Below, one piece after another: positions 1 through 11,371 of a stretch of 39,731 nucleotides of DNA. The position numbers and the translations under genes were made by a program. Position 1 is the stretch's first letter. Every line of letters starts with the position of its first letter. Origin of the DNA: Chiloscyllium plagiosum (lineage: Eukaryota). Below the pieces are notes generated by a model. That model was not told the origin of the DNA. It did not search any database and saw only the letters and a list, made by a program, of their open reading frames with translations. The DNA lies in NCBI RefSeq assembly GCF_004010195.1, contig NC_057760.1, positions 2,756,647 to 2,796,377 on the forward strand, read 5' to 3'.

Positions 1-572
1 CTGCGGCACACCACTGGTCACTGCCTGCCATTCTGAAAAGGAGCCGTTTAGCACTACCCTTTGTTTCCTGTCAGCCAACCAATTTTCAATCCATGTCAGT
101 ATTTTGCCCCTAATACCATGTACCCTAATTTTGCTCACAAACCTCCTATGTGGGACTTTATCAAAGGCTTTCTGAAAGTCCACTGGATCTTCAGAGTTAC
201 GTCCTCAAAAAATTCCAGAAGGTTGGTCAAGCATGGTTTTCCCTTCATAAATCATGCTGACTCTGACCTATCCTGTTACTGCTATCCAGATGTGTCGTAA
301 TTGTGTCCTTTATAATTGACTCCAGCATTTTTCCCCACCACTGAGGTCAGACTAACTGGTCTATAATTCTCTGTTTTCTCTCTTTCCCCCCCTTTCTTAA
401 AAAGTGGGACAACATTAGCCACCCTCCAATCCGCAGGAACTGACCCTGAATCTATAGAACATTGGAAAATGATCACCAATGCATCCACGATTTCTAGAGC
501 CGCCTCCTTCAGTACCCTGGGATGTAGACCGTCAGGTCCCGGGGACTTATCAGCCTTCAGACCTAACAGACT
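1..572 (-). mobile_element. CR1-clade LINE ORF2 (reverse transcriptase) fragment, internally deleted
   Basis: Minus ORF 282-488: DALVIIFQCSIDSGSVPADWRVANVVPLFKKGG..NYRPVSLTSVVGK; DFQKAFDKVPH motif around 140-180 on the minus strand. Confidence 0.9.
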
Positions 573-589
573 CTGGGATGTTGCTTGGG

Positions 590-1030
590 ACGGACTATTT
601 TTCTCAATGAAGAGAGAGGCTGAATAAGCGTGGGTTGTTTTGTTTGGAGTAGAGAATGCTGAGGGCCTTCCCTGACTGAAGTTGATAAGATTAGAGGGGC
701 ATGTACAGGGTGGGTAGGAAGCAGACTCTTCTGTTTAGTTAAAGGGTTAATAACAACTTATTTAAAGATGCAAGGCAGGAAGTTTAGAGGGGGTTTGTTT
801 TACATGAGGGTGCTGGGAATCTGGAATGTGCTTCCTGGAAGGATTATTGAGACAGGAAACCTCACAACCTTTAACAAGTTCTTGAATGAGCACTTGAACT
901 GTCCCAAGGTTCAAGGCTATGGGCCACGTGCTGGAACGAGGGGCTAGAGTAGATTTGGAGTAGTTTTTTTGTCAGTGCAGACTTGATAGACCACAGAGCC
1001 TAAACTGTATTGTATAATTCTGTGATCTTT
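590..1030 (+). mobile_element. Degraded CR1 LINE 3' end
   Basis: Resembles the CR1 ORF2 C-terminus and 3'UTR seen in better copies here (7764-8244, 22912-23205). Confidence 0.6.
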
Positions 1031-1059
1031 CCTTTGGAACCAAATCACTCTGTACTGTT

Positions 1060-1745
1060 TTGTCAAAAATCTATTGTTCTCTGATTTTAAAATGATTAAT
1101 GGAGCTCACCAGCTACTGCTGTTAGTGAGAAGGTCCTGCTACCCTTTCTGTGATGAAATATTTCCGAACTTCTGTCTCAAATGGCCTGCTTCTGATGTTA
1201 CAAGTGGTGTCCACTTTTCCTAGACTTCCCTCCTCACAGAGGAGAATTCTCTCTATCTACCCGATGACTTCCAATCAAATTCATACACATCTGAATCAAA
1301 CCAACCCTAAACATTTTATATTCCAAATTTCCTCATAAATTAGTCCTTGGATCTCAGAGAACATGCTAGTGAATCTCTGCTGAGGCTGCTAAATCATTGC
1401 CAGAGCTGTGTGTGGTATTGCAATCTGATCAACCCTTACATGGCTATTCCAAAAATCCATCTTTTTATATTCCAGCTCCTGACATAACGAGCTGCACATT
1501 CCATGATTATTTTTGTTAATGCGGATCTACATCTCTCTGAACCTCCATCTATCATTTGAAGTGGGGAGGGGGGGAAGCCTTGGTTCTATCCTTTTTTGTT
1601 CGGTCCAAAATGGTTAGCCTCCCACTTGACCAGCATTGAAATCCAGCTACCACGATTCTGATGTTCAGCTGATGTCTCTGTAGTTTGATATTCCTGTCTG
1701 CACTATTTACAGTTCTACCAATCTTTGTGTCACCAGCACATAGTG
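1060..1745 (-). mobile_element. Old CR1-type LINE fragment
   Basis: Minus ORF 1552-1749 contains AGDTKIGRTVNS...LQ (decayed FADDTK motif); boundaries approximate. Confidence 0.5.
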
Positions 1746-2899
1746 GCATCTAGATCAGGAGAGGTTGGTTTCTATTTCCTGACCTGTGATGAGTGTGGCA
1801 AATCTCCATTAGGGCAATACAAGTGGCCCCGGAGCAAACTGTTAAAGATGTGCCTGTTACCTGAGGGTTCAGGGTGTGCTCAGCTGTGGTTGGCCCTCTT
1901 TCCCGTCCCTCCCGCCCTTTTCCACCACCTTCTGGTCACACGCACATACCCAAGAATCCTTATTCTTCACCTGGCCACAATCCCTACCCTCACAATAAAA
2001 ACGATTTGACTTGAGGGAAAGGATGGGGAGGCCATTGGAATGTGGCAGTATTTTTGAGGTTCCCTATCTATCTTCCCAGTATTTGCCTAGAGCAGCTGTG
2101 TTAGAAACAGTGTCATTTGAGAAAGCGTATAAGATCTCAAGGAAAATAAAATCATCAAAAGATTTGTCCTTTCCTGCTTTGAATTTTAAGTTTCAGTCAG
2201 TTATCTCTTTCCAGAGCCCACGTTAAGAAAGAACTGTGGGTTTTCCCGCAAGCTCCATTCCCCTTCCTCCTCAAAACTGCCAGTGTAAGGCTGACTGTAT
2301 GTTGGAAAAGAACTCACTGGAAATTGAGCACTTGGGAACAGTCCCAAGGACGTGACATGGGACTGAATAAGTCCAAGTCGGATCTCTTTTCTAGGCTGAC
2401 TTCATCCTCCCGCCTGGTTTCACTTTGGTGTGCTGTGCTGTGGGCCCCTCTCTCCCTTTCACCTGGAATTCTGTCCGATTCCTGGGGAAAGAGAACAAGC
2501 CCCCACAGCTGTTTGATCCTGTCATGTAATTGGTGCCTAAGTGCTCACATCTGTGAAGCTTGGCACTGTGCACTTCCTGTAAGGCAGTATTAAACTAATC
2601 AGGGATGGATACCGTGGGACCTGCTCATTGCTTTTCTAATGAGTAGGTGTTTGCTGCAGCAGAGTTCAATGAGAAGTTGAGGCAATCTGTTGAATGTAAC
2701 TTTTTTTAAAAAAATAATTCAGCTGTCGACATGATGCCCATGTTGCAGTTCATTTTGATTACAGTCATTCTCTTTATTCCAGAATGGAAATTCTTAGCCT
2801 GAAAAAGGCACCCTGCTTATTACCATGAGAACTTTTAACACATTCAATCCTCAGTTTAAAATAACAGCAAGTAACTCTTACACAATGTATTGGAAATAA

Positions 2900-3235
2900 A
2901 ACACAGCACAGAAGCAGGCCATTCAGCTCAGCTGGCTCATTCCAAGCAAACCACCTCTGTCCTCTTTTTAACTTAGCCTTTCAGTATATCCTTCTCTTCC
3001 TTTTCTCCCTCATGTGCTTTTCCGTCTTCCCTCTGACTGCATCTCTGCTATCTTCCTCAGGACACCCTGTGGTAACAAGCCCGCAGTATTGCCACTCTCC
3101 TTGGAAAGGTGTTTCTCCTGATTTCCCAATGGGTGTCTCTTAGTGATTATTTTGTGTTTTGGCCTTTCCCACAAGTGGAAACATTTTCTACCCTATCAAA
3201 TCCTTGGATAGTTTTAAAGACTTCAGCTCTTCTTC
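2900..3235 (-). mobile_element. Old CR1/L2-type LINE 3' end
   Basis: cacagaagcaggccattcagctc tail motif and similarity to other minus-strand LINE tails here. Confidence 0.5.
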
Positions 3236-3464
3236 AGAAAAGAAGAAATACTACTGTCAGTATTCAAACCATACAATGATTTGACAACTTGATGGTGACA
3301 TTCCCTGAAACTGCCACTTTATTTACAGCTTTTAAACTCTCAAGTTGCCACTTAGTGGGATTTCAGTTTACAGTCCCTCCAGTATTAACCTAAGCCTTTG
3401 CATTAACAGTCCCGTGACATAAACACTATACTGCCATCACCCAGCAGGTGGGAGGAGTCTTTTA

Positions 3465-3629
3465 CAGAGCTGAAAATGTGTTGCTGGAAAAGCGCAGCAG
3501 GATTCCTGAAGAAGGGCTTATGCCCGAAACGTCGATTCTCCTGTTCCCTGGATGCTGCCTGACCTGCGCTTTTCCAGCAACACATTTTCAGCTCTGATCT
3601 CCAGCATCTGCAGTCCTCACTTTCTCCTC
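3465..3629 (+). mobile_element. Short palindromic non-autonomous element (probable Penelope-like derivative) with hammerhead motif and TSD
   Basis: Perfect 33-bp inverted repeat 3465-3497/3564-3596; 14-bp direct repeat GGAGTCTTTTACAG at 3454-3467 and 3630-3643. Confidence 0.8.
3501..3538 (+). ncRNA. Minimal type I hammerhead ribozyme motif (intact core)
   Basis: gattc CTGAAGA A GGGC-ttat-GCCC GAAA CGTC gattc; predicted cleavage after GUC at 3533. Confidence 0.7.
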
Positions 3630-4457
3630 GGAGTCTTTTACAGCCCAACTCATTCAAAATGTGTAAACTTCCTCCTGACAGAACGGACATTTAAGGTAGT
3701 GAGCACATAGGAATGACGGGATCAATGTGTCCCAGGCTCAGTGTCCAGTCTCTATTGTACTGAGAGCTACAGTCATCAGCAGGAGCAAGAAAGGGTGCAG
3801 TTCGAGTGTCTTGCCTTGGATTGTGAGCTGTGCTGTTAGGAGGTCTTTGTGTGCATTGAGTGAGAACCAAAATGTTTCTTTAAGCTATGCTGCCTCACCT
3901 TTGAATAATACAAGGGCACCCCTTGTCTCAGGTCAAGTGCAAAGAACCTCCAATTGGATGAGGTACCAGAGAGCACCATGAGGGGGCACACTTCATGAGG
4001 GGGCTATAATATACTCCTCCCACCTGCTGGGTGAACGCAGTGTAGTGTTCATAAGGCCAAGGTAGACGTCTTGCTGGTCAGTAGAGATTTTACTTGTTTA
4101 AGGTTGATTGAGGAATCTAAATCTGACAAAAGGTGGCAGATCATTTGAAGAGATGCAGCCTGTAGATTGAGAAGTTACAGGGCAGAAGGACGTCATTGAG
4201 CCTGTTGTCCTTACCAAAACTCTGCAAGTATAACACAGTCCCACTTGCACACCTTTCCCGTGCAAGCTTGTTTTTTTAAAACAAGCACCCATTTTCCTAA
4301 TGAAGCTGGTGACTGAACCTTTCCTCACTGCACTCTGCGTTCTGTCTCCTCCTCACTCTCAGACATAGCTTGTTGCATTGAACCCCTTCCCTAATTCCTC
4401 ATATGCTCACAAAGGAGTGTGTACTGATTTAATTTCTAATTTCTCCATTTTAAACAG

Positions 4458-4590
4458 AAAATCTGATTATTATGAGAAGATTACAGATCCAATTGATCTC
4501 ACAAGTATCGAGAAACAGATCCTCACAGGCCATTATAAGACTGTAGAAGCCTTTGATGCAGACATGCTGAAAGTCTTCAGGAATGCCGAG
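4458..4590 (+). CDS. ASH1L: ASH1L coding exon (bromodomain), first in window; upstream exons lie outside the window
   Basis: Acceptor ttttaaacag|A, donor GAG|gtgagg; translates (after 1 nt) [44 protein letters not shown], matching the ASH1L bromodomain as I recall it; 133 nt. Confidence 0.96.
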
Positions 4591-5321
4591 GTGAGGAAGT
4601 AGTTCTTTACCTTGGTTTGGCAGCTATGACCATTGTTATTGGGAAATAGTCTGCTACCCATTGCATGGTGTCCAGATCATGTAACCTTCACGAGTCACTT
4701 GTTTTCCAATTGCTGTCATGAAGAGTAAAGATTATGTTTATGTTCTCACCCCTCACCCCTTCATCTGAGAATGTGTTGCTTGGCTTAATATCTTGCTGGT
4801 TTTGGGATCTCCAGCCTTGAATTCCCACATCATCAGCTTGTGTTCGGGTCATCTTGTTGAAAAGGACGTTTAAAATGTCATCTGAGACAGCTGGTGCTGT
4901 GGGTACTGAGTGTGTGCACTGACAGTGGGTGCTGTGGTACTGAGCTGTACGTTTCAGGTGATCCTGTCAGGATTAGCTGATCTTCTCCAGGCCAGCTGTA
5001 AAGATGGTCAGGTTCGTTTCAATGCCCTGTGTTAGGAAAAGGAAGTGTTTCTACCCTGGATATCGGTATCAGGTAAGGAACCACTGATGATGCTTTAACA
5101 AATAGTCTCCTGGTGCCATCATGGGCTTGGCCTTCAAGAGAAAATATGATAATTAATTAAAATTATATAAAATAAGTTACTGGGGAAGCAAGCTATAGAC
5201 ATAACTTTCTAGAAGGAAAGGAGGTTGATAATGTTTTGAGTGTGAGCTTGTGGGGATGAAGCATTTGGCGGGGGGGAATGTGAAAGTGGGCATTAAGAGC
5301 TACAGGTCAAGATTGGAGTGG

Positions 5322-5355
5322 GCGGCACGGTGGCACAGTGGTTAGCACTGCTGCC
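5322..5355 (+). mobile_element. 5' head fragment of tRNA-derived SINE (box A region)
   Basis: gcggcacggtggcacagtggttagcactgctgcc matches the 5' end of full SINE copies in the window. Confidence 0.8.
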
Positions 5356-5431
5356 AATGTTTTGAGTGTGAGCTTGTGGGGATGAAGCATTTGGCGGGGG
5401 GGAATGTGAAAGTGGGCATTAAGAGCTACAG

Positions 5432-5590
5432 GTCAAGATTGGAGTGGTGCTGGAAAAGCACAGCAGGTCAGGCAGATTTCTGATGAAGGGCTTTTGCCCG
5501 AAACAGTGATTTCCCTGCTCCTCAGATGCTGCCTGACCTGTGCTTTTCCAGCACCAGTCTAATCTTGACTTTAATCCCCAGCATCTGCCT
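5432..5590 (+). mobile_element. Palindromic Penelope-like derivative with partly degenerate hammerhead motif
   Basis: Inverted arms gtcaagattggagtggtgctggaaaagcacag / ctgtgcttttccagcaccagtctaatcttgac; CTGATGA A GGGC-tttt-GCCC GAAA at 5480-5503; 12-bp TSD AAGAGCTACAGG at 5421-5432 and 5594-5605. Confidence 0.75.
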
Positions 5591-5966
5591 ATGAAGAGCT
5601 ACAGGCTTAGTGAGTTGTGTGGGTGGGGGTAATGGGAGGTAAGTGGGGTTATGGATTATTGGAAAAAGGTCAGGCTTGTGGGCCCTAATGACCTTTTGGA
5701 TTTCTGAGCTTTCTTGTTGACAGTGTTCATGTTGGCAGGTTAATTTGTGGGAGCTCATTAGCCACAACTGGGAGCAGATGCCGGCCCAGCACGTGAGGTA
5801 ATCAGCCAGACATTAAGGCCTTTGGCTGTGATAATGAGATGCCAGGTAAATGGCTTTATGCACAGCACTCTGCAAATACCTCGCAGCTGTGTGGTCAGTT
5901 CACAGAGGTCATTGATGTTAGTGAACTGGCTGTGTGGGTTTTGTGATTTTTTTTAGTATCTGTTTC

Positions 5967-6435
5967 AGAGTCATACAGCATGACAACAGACCCTTTGGTC
6001 CAACTAGTCTACGCTGACCATGTCCCCAAAATAACCTAGTCCCACTTGTCTGCAAATGGGCCATATCCCTCCACACCTTTCCTCTTCATATACTTACCCA
6101 AATGTCTTTTAAAAGTTGTAACTGTGCCTGCAACTATCGTTTTCTTTGGTGGTCTGTTCCACTCTGTGTAAGAAAAAATAGTTGCCCCCATGTCCTTTTC
6201 TCAATCCCCCTCCTCTCATCTTAAAAGATATGCCCCCCTAGTTTTGAACTACTCCACCCTGGAAAGCATCCTTGTCATTCACCTTATCTATGCCCTTCAT
6301 AATTTTATAAACCTCGATAAGGTCATCCCTCAACCTCCTACACTCCAGTGAAAAAAGTCCCAGCCTATTTTTGTAACTCAGATGCTCCATTCCTGGCAAT
6401 ATCCTGGGAAATCTTTTCTGAACCCTCTCCAGCTT
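5967..6435 (-). mobile_element. CR1 (HER1-like) LINE 3' fragment
   Basis: agagtcatacagcatg..acagaccctttggtccaac tail, reverse complement of the + strand copies at 9700-10115 and 22912-23205. Confidence 0.8.
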
Positions 6436-7039
6436 TATATTTAGTAATTTTGTTAAATGTTTGTGCTTTGAAGAATGTTGGTGCTGGGAATGGATTGCTT
6501 TCTTTTGGAAGTCACCTTTTTTGCATTATTTTATCAGTTCAGGTATTGCATGGGGAGATGTATTTACTCAGCCCCATCCAGTGTGTTTTAGCTTCCATCT
6601 TCTGACAGCTCTTCATCCTGCCCTGCTGGGGGAATGTTAAATTGTAATGAGAAGCGCTCCTGGGTTTGAGTGTAATGATTGAGTAGCAGAAGAGAATCAT
6701 TGGGACAAATGGTCTAACTTTGGTTCTAAATCCTGTGGTCTTATGATAACACGGAGTGCTGACAAGAATAGGAAAACATTCTTGGGATCTTGCAAAGTGG
6801 TAAAGACTGAGTTCTCCCTGTCCCAGTGTTGCTCCTGTCTGCAGTTTTCTTCTCTCAATCTTGTGGAAGTGCTGATTCATCAGAACAGTCTAAAAAGACC
6901 CTTTCTTCATAAGCTGGGAGGCTGTTCAATTATTTAAAAATGTTGAAGTTGAGCCTGAGTATCCTGCATCCACTGTCCAACAACATTAGCATCAGGGGCA
7001 AGAATCCTAATTGTTTTGTATTTCTCCCCCAAGTCCTTG

Positions 7040-7115
7040 CTTGATTAGGGACAGCCAACATGGATTTGTGAAGGGTAGATCTTGCCTTACAAGTCTTATT
7101 GAATTCTTTGAGGAG
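7040..7115 (+). mobile_element. CR1 RT fragment
   Basis: Translates LIRDSQHGFVKGRSCLTSLIEFFEE, a typical CR1 RT motif. Confidence 0.8.
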
Positions 7116-7297
7116 AAAGTGAGGTCTGCAGATGCTGGAGATCAGAGCTGAAAATGTGTTGCTGGAAAAGCGCAGCAGGTCAGGCAGCATCCAGGGAACA
7201 GGAGAATCGACGTTTCGGGCATAAGCCTTTCTTCAGGAATCATTATTGAATTAAGCGTCGATACTCCTGTTCCTTGGATGCTGCCTGACCTGCTGCA
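7110..7297 (-). mobile_element. Penelope-like derivative with minus-strand hammerhead motif (7204-7241) and partial inverted arm
   Basis: Reverse complement of 7110-7241 is nearly identical to 3501-3629; minus strand reads gattc CTGAAGA A AGGC-ttat-GCCC GAAA CGTC gattc. Confidence 0.8.
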
Positions 7298-7371
7298 CTC
7301 TCTCCCTAGTTACCCTTTTGTCCTTAATATATTTGTAAAATCCCTTTGGATTCAACTTAATCCTATTTGCC
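7297..7371 (-). mobile_element. CR1 ORF2 fragment abutting the gap
   Basis: ANRIKLNPKGFYKYIKDKRVTRER on the minus strand. Confidence 0.75.
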
Positions 7372-7763
7372 NNNNNNNNNNNNNNNNNNNNNNNNNNNNN
7401 NNNNNNNNNNNNNNNNNNNNNNNNNNNNNNNNNNNNNNNNNNNNNNNNNNNNNNNNNNNNNNNNNNNNNNNNNNNNNNNNNNNNNNNNNNNNNNNNNNNN
7501 NNNNNNNNNNNNNNNNNNNNNNNNNNNNNNNNNNNNNNNNNNNNNNNNNNNNNNNNNNNNNNNNNNNNNNNNNNNNNNNNNNNNNNNNNNNNNNNNNNNN
7601 NNNNNNNNNNNNNNNNNNNNNNNNNNNNNNNNNNNNNNNNNNNNNNNNNNNNNNNNNNNNNNNNNNNNNNNNNNNNNNNNNNNNNNNNNNNNNNNNNNNN
7701 NNNNNNNNNNNNNNNNNNNNNNNNNNNNNNNNNNNNNNNNNNNNNNNNNNNNNNNNNNNNNNN
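7372..7763. other. Assembly gap (392 N)
   Basis: Run of N; flanked by CR1 fragments of opposite orientation. Confidence 1.
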
Positions 7764-8244
7764 GGCCACATTTGGAGTACTATGTGCAGTTCTGGTCGCC
7801 TCATTTTAGGAAAGATGTGGAAGCTTTGGGGAGGGTGCAGAGAAGATTTACCAGGATGTTGCCTGGAATGGAGAATAGGTCATACAAGGATAGGTTGAGC
7901 GTGCTAGGCCTTTTCTCATTGGAACGGAGAAGGATGAGGGGTGACTTGATAGAGGTGTATAAGATGATCAGGGGAATAGATGGAGTAGACAGAGTGTTAC
8001 AAGGGGACATAAATTTAAGGTGAAGGGTGGAAGGTATAGGGGAGATGTCAGGGGTGGGTTCTTTACCCAGAGAGTGGTGGGGGCATGGAATGCGCTGCCT
8101 GTGGGAGTGGTAGAGTCGGAATCATTGGCGAACTTTAAGTGGCAATTGGATAGGTACATGGATGGATACCTAAGCTAGGACAAATGTTCGACACAACATC
8201 GTGGGCTGAAGGGCCTGTTCTGTGCTGTATTGTTCTATGTTCTA
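7764..8244 (+). mobile_element. CR1 LINE 3' end
   Basis: PHLEYYVQFWSPHFRKDVEALGRVQRRFTRMLPGM...LERRRMRGDLIEVYKMIRGID; tail tgttctatgttcta. Confidence 0.92.
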
Positions 8245-8458
8245 GTAAAGGCGCAGAGTTTACAAATCATTGCCCTGGCTCAGATTAGCCAACTGCATGG
8301 AGAATGGGAATTGAGTTTGGGACTTAGTACCTCACTGGGGGAGTGCAGGGCTGAGCTCAAACATTGACAAGATCCCTAGTTAATGTTGACCGTAAATGAA
8401 AATGACGGCTATTCCACTTTGTATTGCTTCTGTACTCATTTAACATTATGCGCTTCAG

Positions 8459-8707
8459 AAATACTACGGCAGGAAGTCTTCCATTGGCAGAGATGTTTGC
8501 CGCTTGAGGAAAGTCTACTACAATGCTCGGCACGAAGCCTCTGCCCAGATCGATGAGATCATTGGGGAGACAGCCAGCGAGGCAGACAGCAGTGAGACGT
8601 CTATTGGTGAGAAGGAAAATGGCAATGAGAAAGATGACGATGTGATTCGTTGCATCTGTGGGCTGTACAAGGACGAGGGACTGATGATTCAGTGTGAGAA
8701 GTGCATG
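8459..8707 (+). CDS. ASH1L: ASH1L coding exon (end of bromodomain, acidic linker, start of PHD finger)
   Basis: Acceptor cgcttcag|AAA, donor ATG|gtaagt; 249 nt: [83 protein letters not shown]. Confidence 0.97.
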
Positions 8708-8796
8708 GTAAGTAACTTTCAGAATTGGGCAGCATCCTGGGGGAATTCAAGTTCCACATGTTTACATTTGGATTTCTGTCTGTCTGTCCAACAGTG

Positions 8797-8989
8797 TGGA
8801 GGTGCCGATGTTGGACTGGGGTGGACAAAGTCAGAAGTCACACGACACCAAGTTATAGTCCAATAGGTTTGTTTTACACCAGAAGCTTTCCGAGTGCCAC
8901 TGACGAAAGGGGTGGTGAAGGGACAGTGCTCTTAAAGCTGGTGATTTCAAATAAACCTGTTGGACTATAACATGATGTCGTGTGACTTT
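8797..8989. mobile_element. Palindromic short element, second family (probable Penelope-like derivative)
   Basis: 40-bp inverted arms 8835-8874/8949-8988 with 4 mismatches; related to 35511-35712. Confidence 0.7.
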
Positions 8990-9699
8990 GTTGTACAGGG
9001 CAGAGTTTCAGGTGACCTGGCAGAAGTCGTAAGAATTTTTTTAATGCATTTATTTAATGTCACATCTTGGGGCTGTCCCAAAGCAAAGCACAGCACATCC
9101 AGTGAATTTTGATTTCCGTTCTGCTCCAGAGCCAGGAGGTCTCTGGTGCCTGGTCCATCAGGAACACTTGATGGAGATTTGGGCAGAGACTTCAGGCACA
9201 GTCCTAATGGACAAAGCTCTTAGTTTGGTGATGTTGACTGACGGGTGATTGTTCGCCAAGATGCAGGGAAGAATGTGGAAAAGTGCATGGATGACCACTT
9301 GAGATATCCTAATATTCAAGGTTATGGAAAAGTGGGATTAATGTAGGTAGGTTGGTGCAGACTCAATGGGCTGAAAGGTCTGTTCTGTGCCGAATGACTA
9401 TGGCTGAGTAAACCCTAAACCCTTGCAAGCCACTGCTCTGCTGAATAATGTAATCTGGACCAAACAAGGAGCTCTTGCCTGTTCACTGTGGGTCAACAGC
9501 ATATTTTCTGCTGATTTTAATTCTCTGGGGGTCATGCATAGCTTTGGAGGTCCCTCATTCAGCTATGAAATTATGTCTTGAGTGGTGTGCGCCTCTATGG
9601 AGATGGCGGTTTGGGATTGAGAGTTAAACAAGCAGAAATTGTAGTTATTGTGAAGTAGCAAGTTAGCCTGGAGCAGTGTTTCTTTAGAGCAGTAAAACT

Positions 9700-10115
9700 G
9701 TGCTGTTTTCCCTGGAGTGTCAGATACTGAGGGGTCACCTTATAGAGGTTTATAAAATCATAGGGACATGGATAGGGTAAACAGACCAAGTTTTTTTCCT
9801 GGGGTGGGGGAGTCCAGAACTAGAGGGCATAGGTTTTAGGGTGAGAGGGGAAAGATTTAAAAGGGACCTAAGGGTGACTTTTTCCACAGAGGATGGTGCG
9901 TGTATGGAATGAGCTGCCAGTGGTGGTGGTGGTGGAGGCTGGTACAGTTACCCATCCAAGATGCCTTTTAAATATTGTATGTGAATAAGGAAGAGGTGAG
10001 CAGGATATGGGCCAAGTGCAGGCAAATGGGAGTAGATTAATGTAGGAAATCTGGTCGGCATGACTGGGTTGGACTGAAGGGTCTGTTTGCATGATGTACA
10101 TCTCTATGACTCTAT
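9700..10115 (+). mobile_element. CR1 (HER1-like) LINE 3' end
   Basis: ctgaggggtcaccttatagaggtttataaaatca (LRGHLIEVYKI, CR1 LRGDLIEVYK-type motif); tail ctctatgactctat. Confidence 0.85.
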
Positions 10116-11371
10116 AACTAGACCAGAGCCACTTGTGTGTGTTGATGAGTTCTTGTGCTGGTTAACACCCAGCAGACCATTCTTTTCACAAAAAGACTGA
10201 TGCCTGTTATTGCAAAGTGTGTAGAGAGATGTGTAGTCTGCAAACTGAGATTTAAACAAAGTTCGCAACATCCACAGTTGTGAATACCACTCAAAACTCT
10301 TGTCAGAAGGTACAGTTAAATCACTCAAGCCTTGTTATGACAACTCAGACCAACGGGAGAGGAATAAAAGCCCATTCATTTGCACTTAGTCTTCAGGCAA
10401 TCGAGTCAGCAGCTGCAGTTCAGTGTGTAAATGGTGAATGGAAGCAACATGCAGAATCGGGCAATTTGCCAGTCAGCTAAGAATAGTTACAGACCTGGAT
10501 TTTCACCTCCAGTTACATGGATGAAGCTTTCGTATCTGGTAAAATTCAGGCAAATTTTCCAAATGCCTTGGCAGTGTTCCTAGTGGGTAAAGGTATGGTG
10601 TCTGGATATTGACAGTGGCAGTCTAGTCCATTTTTCACCAGCTCCATGCTGTCGGTGTAAATAGTCTCTGCACCAGATATACTTGTGGGAAATTTGGGCA
10701 CATTTCAGAAACTTTCATGATGAACAAAGCTAGAGTGCACGGATGCTGAAGGTGGATCGCTAGGCCACAGTGGATAAACCTGTAAAAGCACTTCCATTCC
10801 ACTGCTTGGTATATGGTATTAAGTTATAAAAGTAGGGTGCAAGTTAAAGGTAGAGTTGCTGTAAAAGGAGCTGTCAGAGAGTTAGAGTTGTACAGCACAG
10901 AAGCAGTCTCTTTCGTCTGGCTCGTCTGTCAGTTCTGATCACCTAACCAGAGAATAGAATTGAATTGCCCTTGAGGTGGAATAAACTTGTCTAAGTTGAA
11001 TTGCCTCCTGCTATTCCTAGGAGATACAGTAATAAACAGCAAAATTGGTTCTTGCTTCAGGAATTAGACTTGTACAGCAAGTTTAAAAAAAGTTGAACTT
11101 GCTTCCATTTGGAGATTTTTGAGTCTTTCAAATTTGAGAAAATTAATTTGAAGCGAATTGTCCAAATACGAGGAGATCAAAATTAAGAATGAGGCATCAA
11201 ATTGGACTAACCTTTTAATATAGAAGCTGATACGCTTAAGCTGTAAGAAGGTCTTTGAGGTAAGAGGAATGAGTCTGTTTCTGGTGACTGTAATGATAGA
11301 CAGCTACTTGCATCTTGTCCTTGTTAAATAAATGTAGTGATGTTGAATTGGGCGGGGGGGGGGGGGGGGAT

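Noticed and set aside
1..4457. Preceding ASH1L bromodomain exon (expected ...APLLNLPPKK)
   Set aside because: No matching exon found; presumably upstream of the window
3690..5140. Possible ancient conserved SINE remnants (also 2260-2600, 9040-9300, 16250-16500, 17340-17760)
   Set aside because: Resemblance too weak to assign by eye; needs a Dfam HMM search
7251..8023. Long ORFs in the track
   Set aside because: They run through the N gap; the real parts are CR1 fragments
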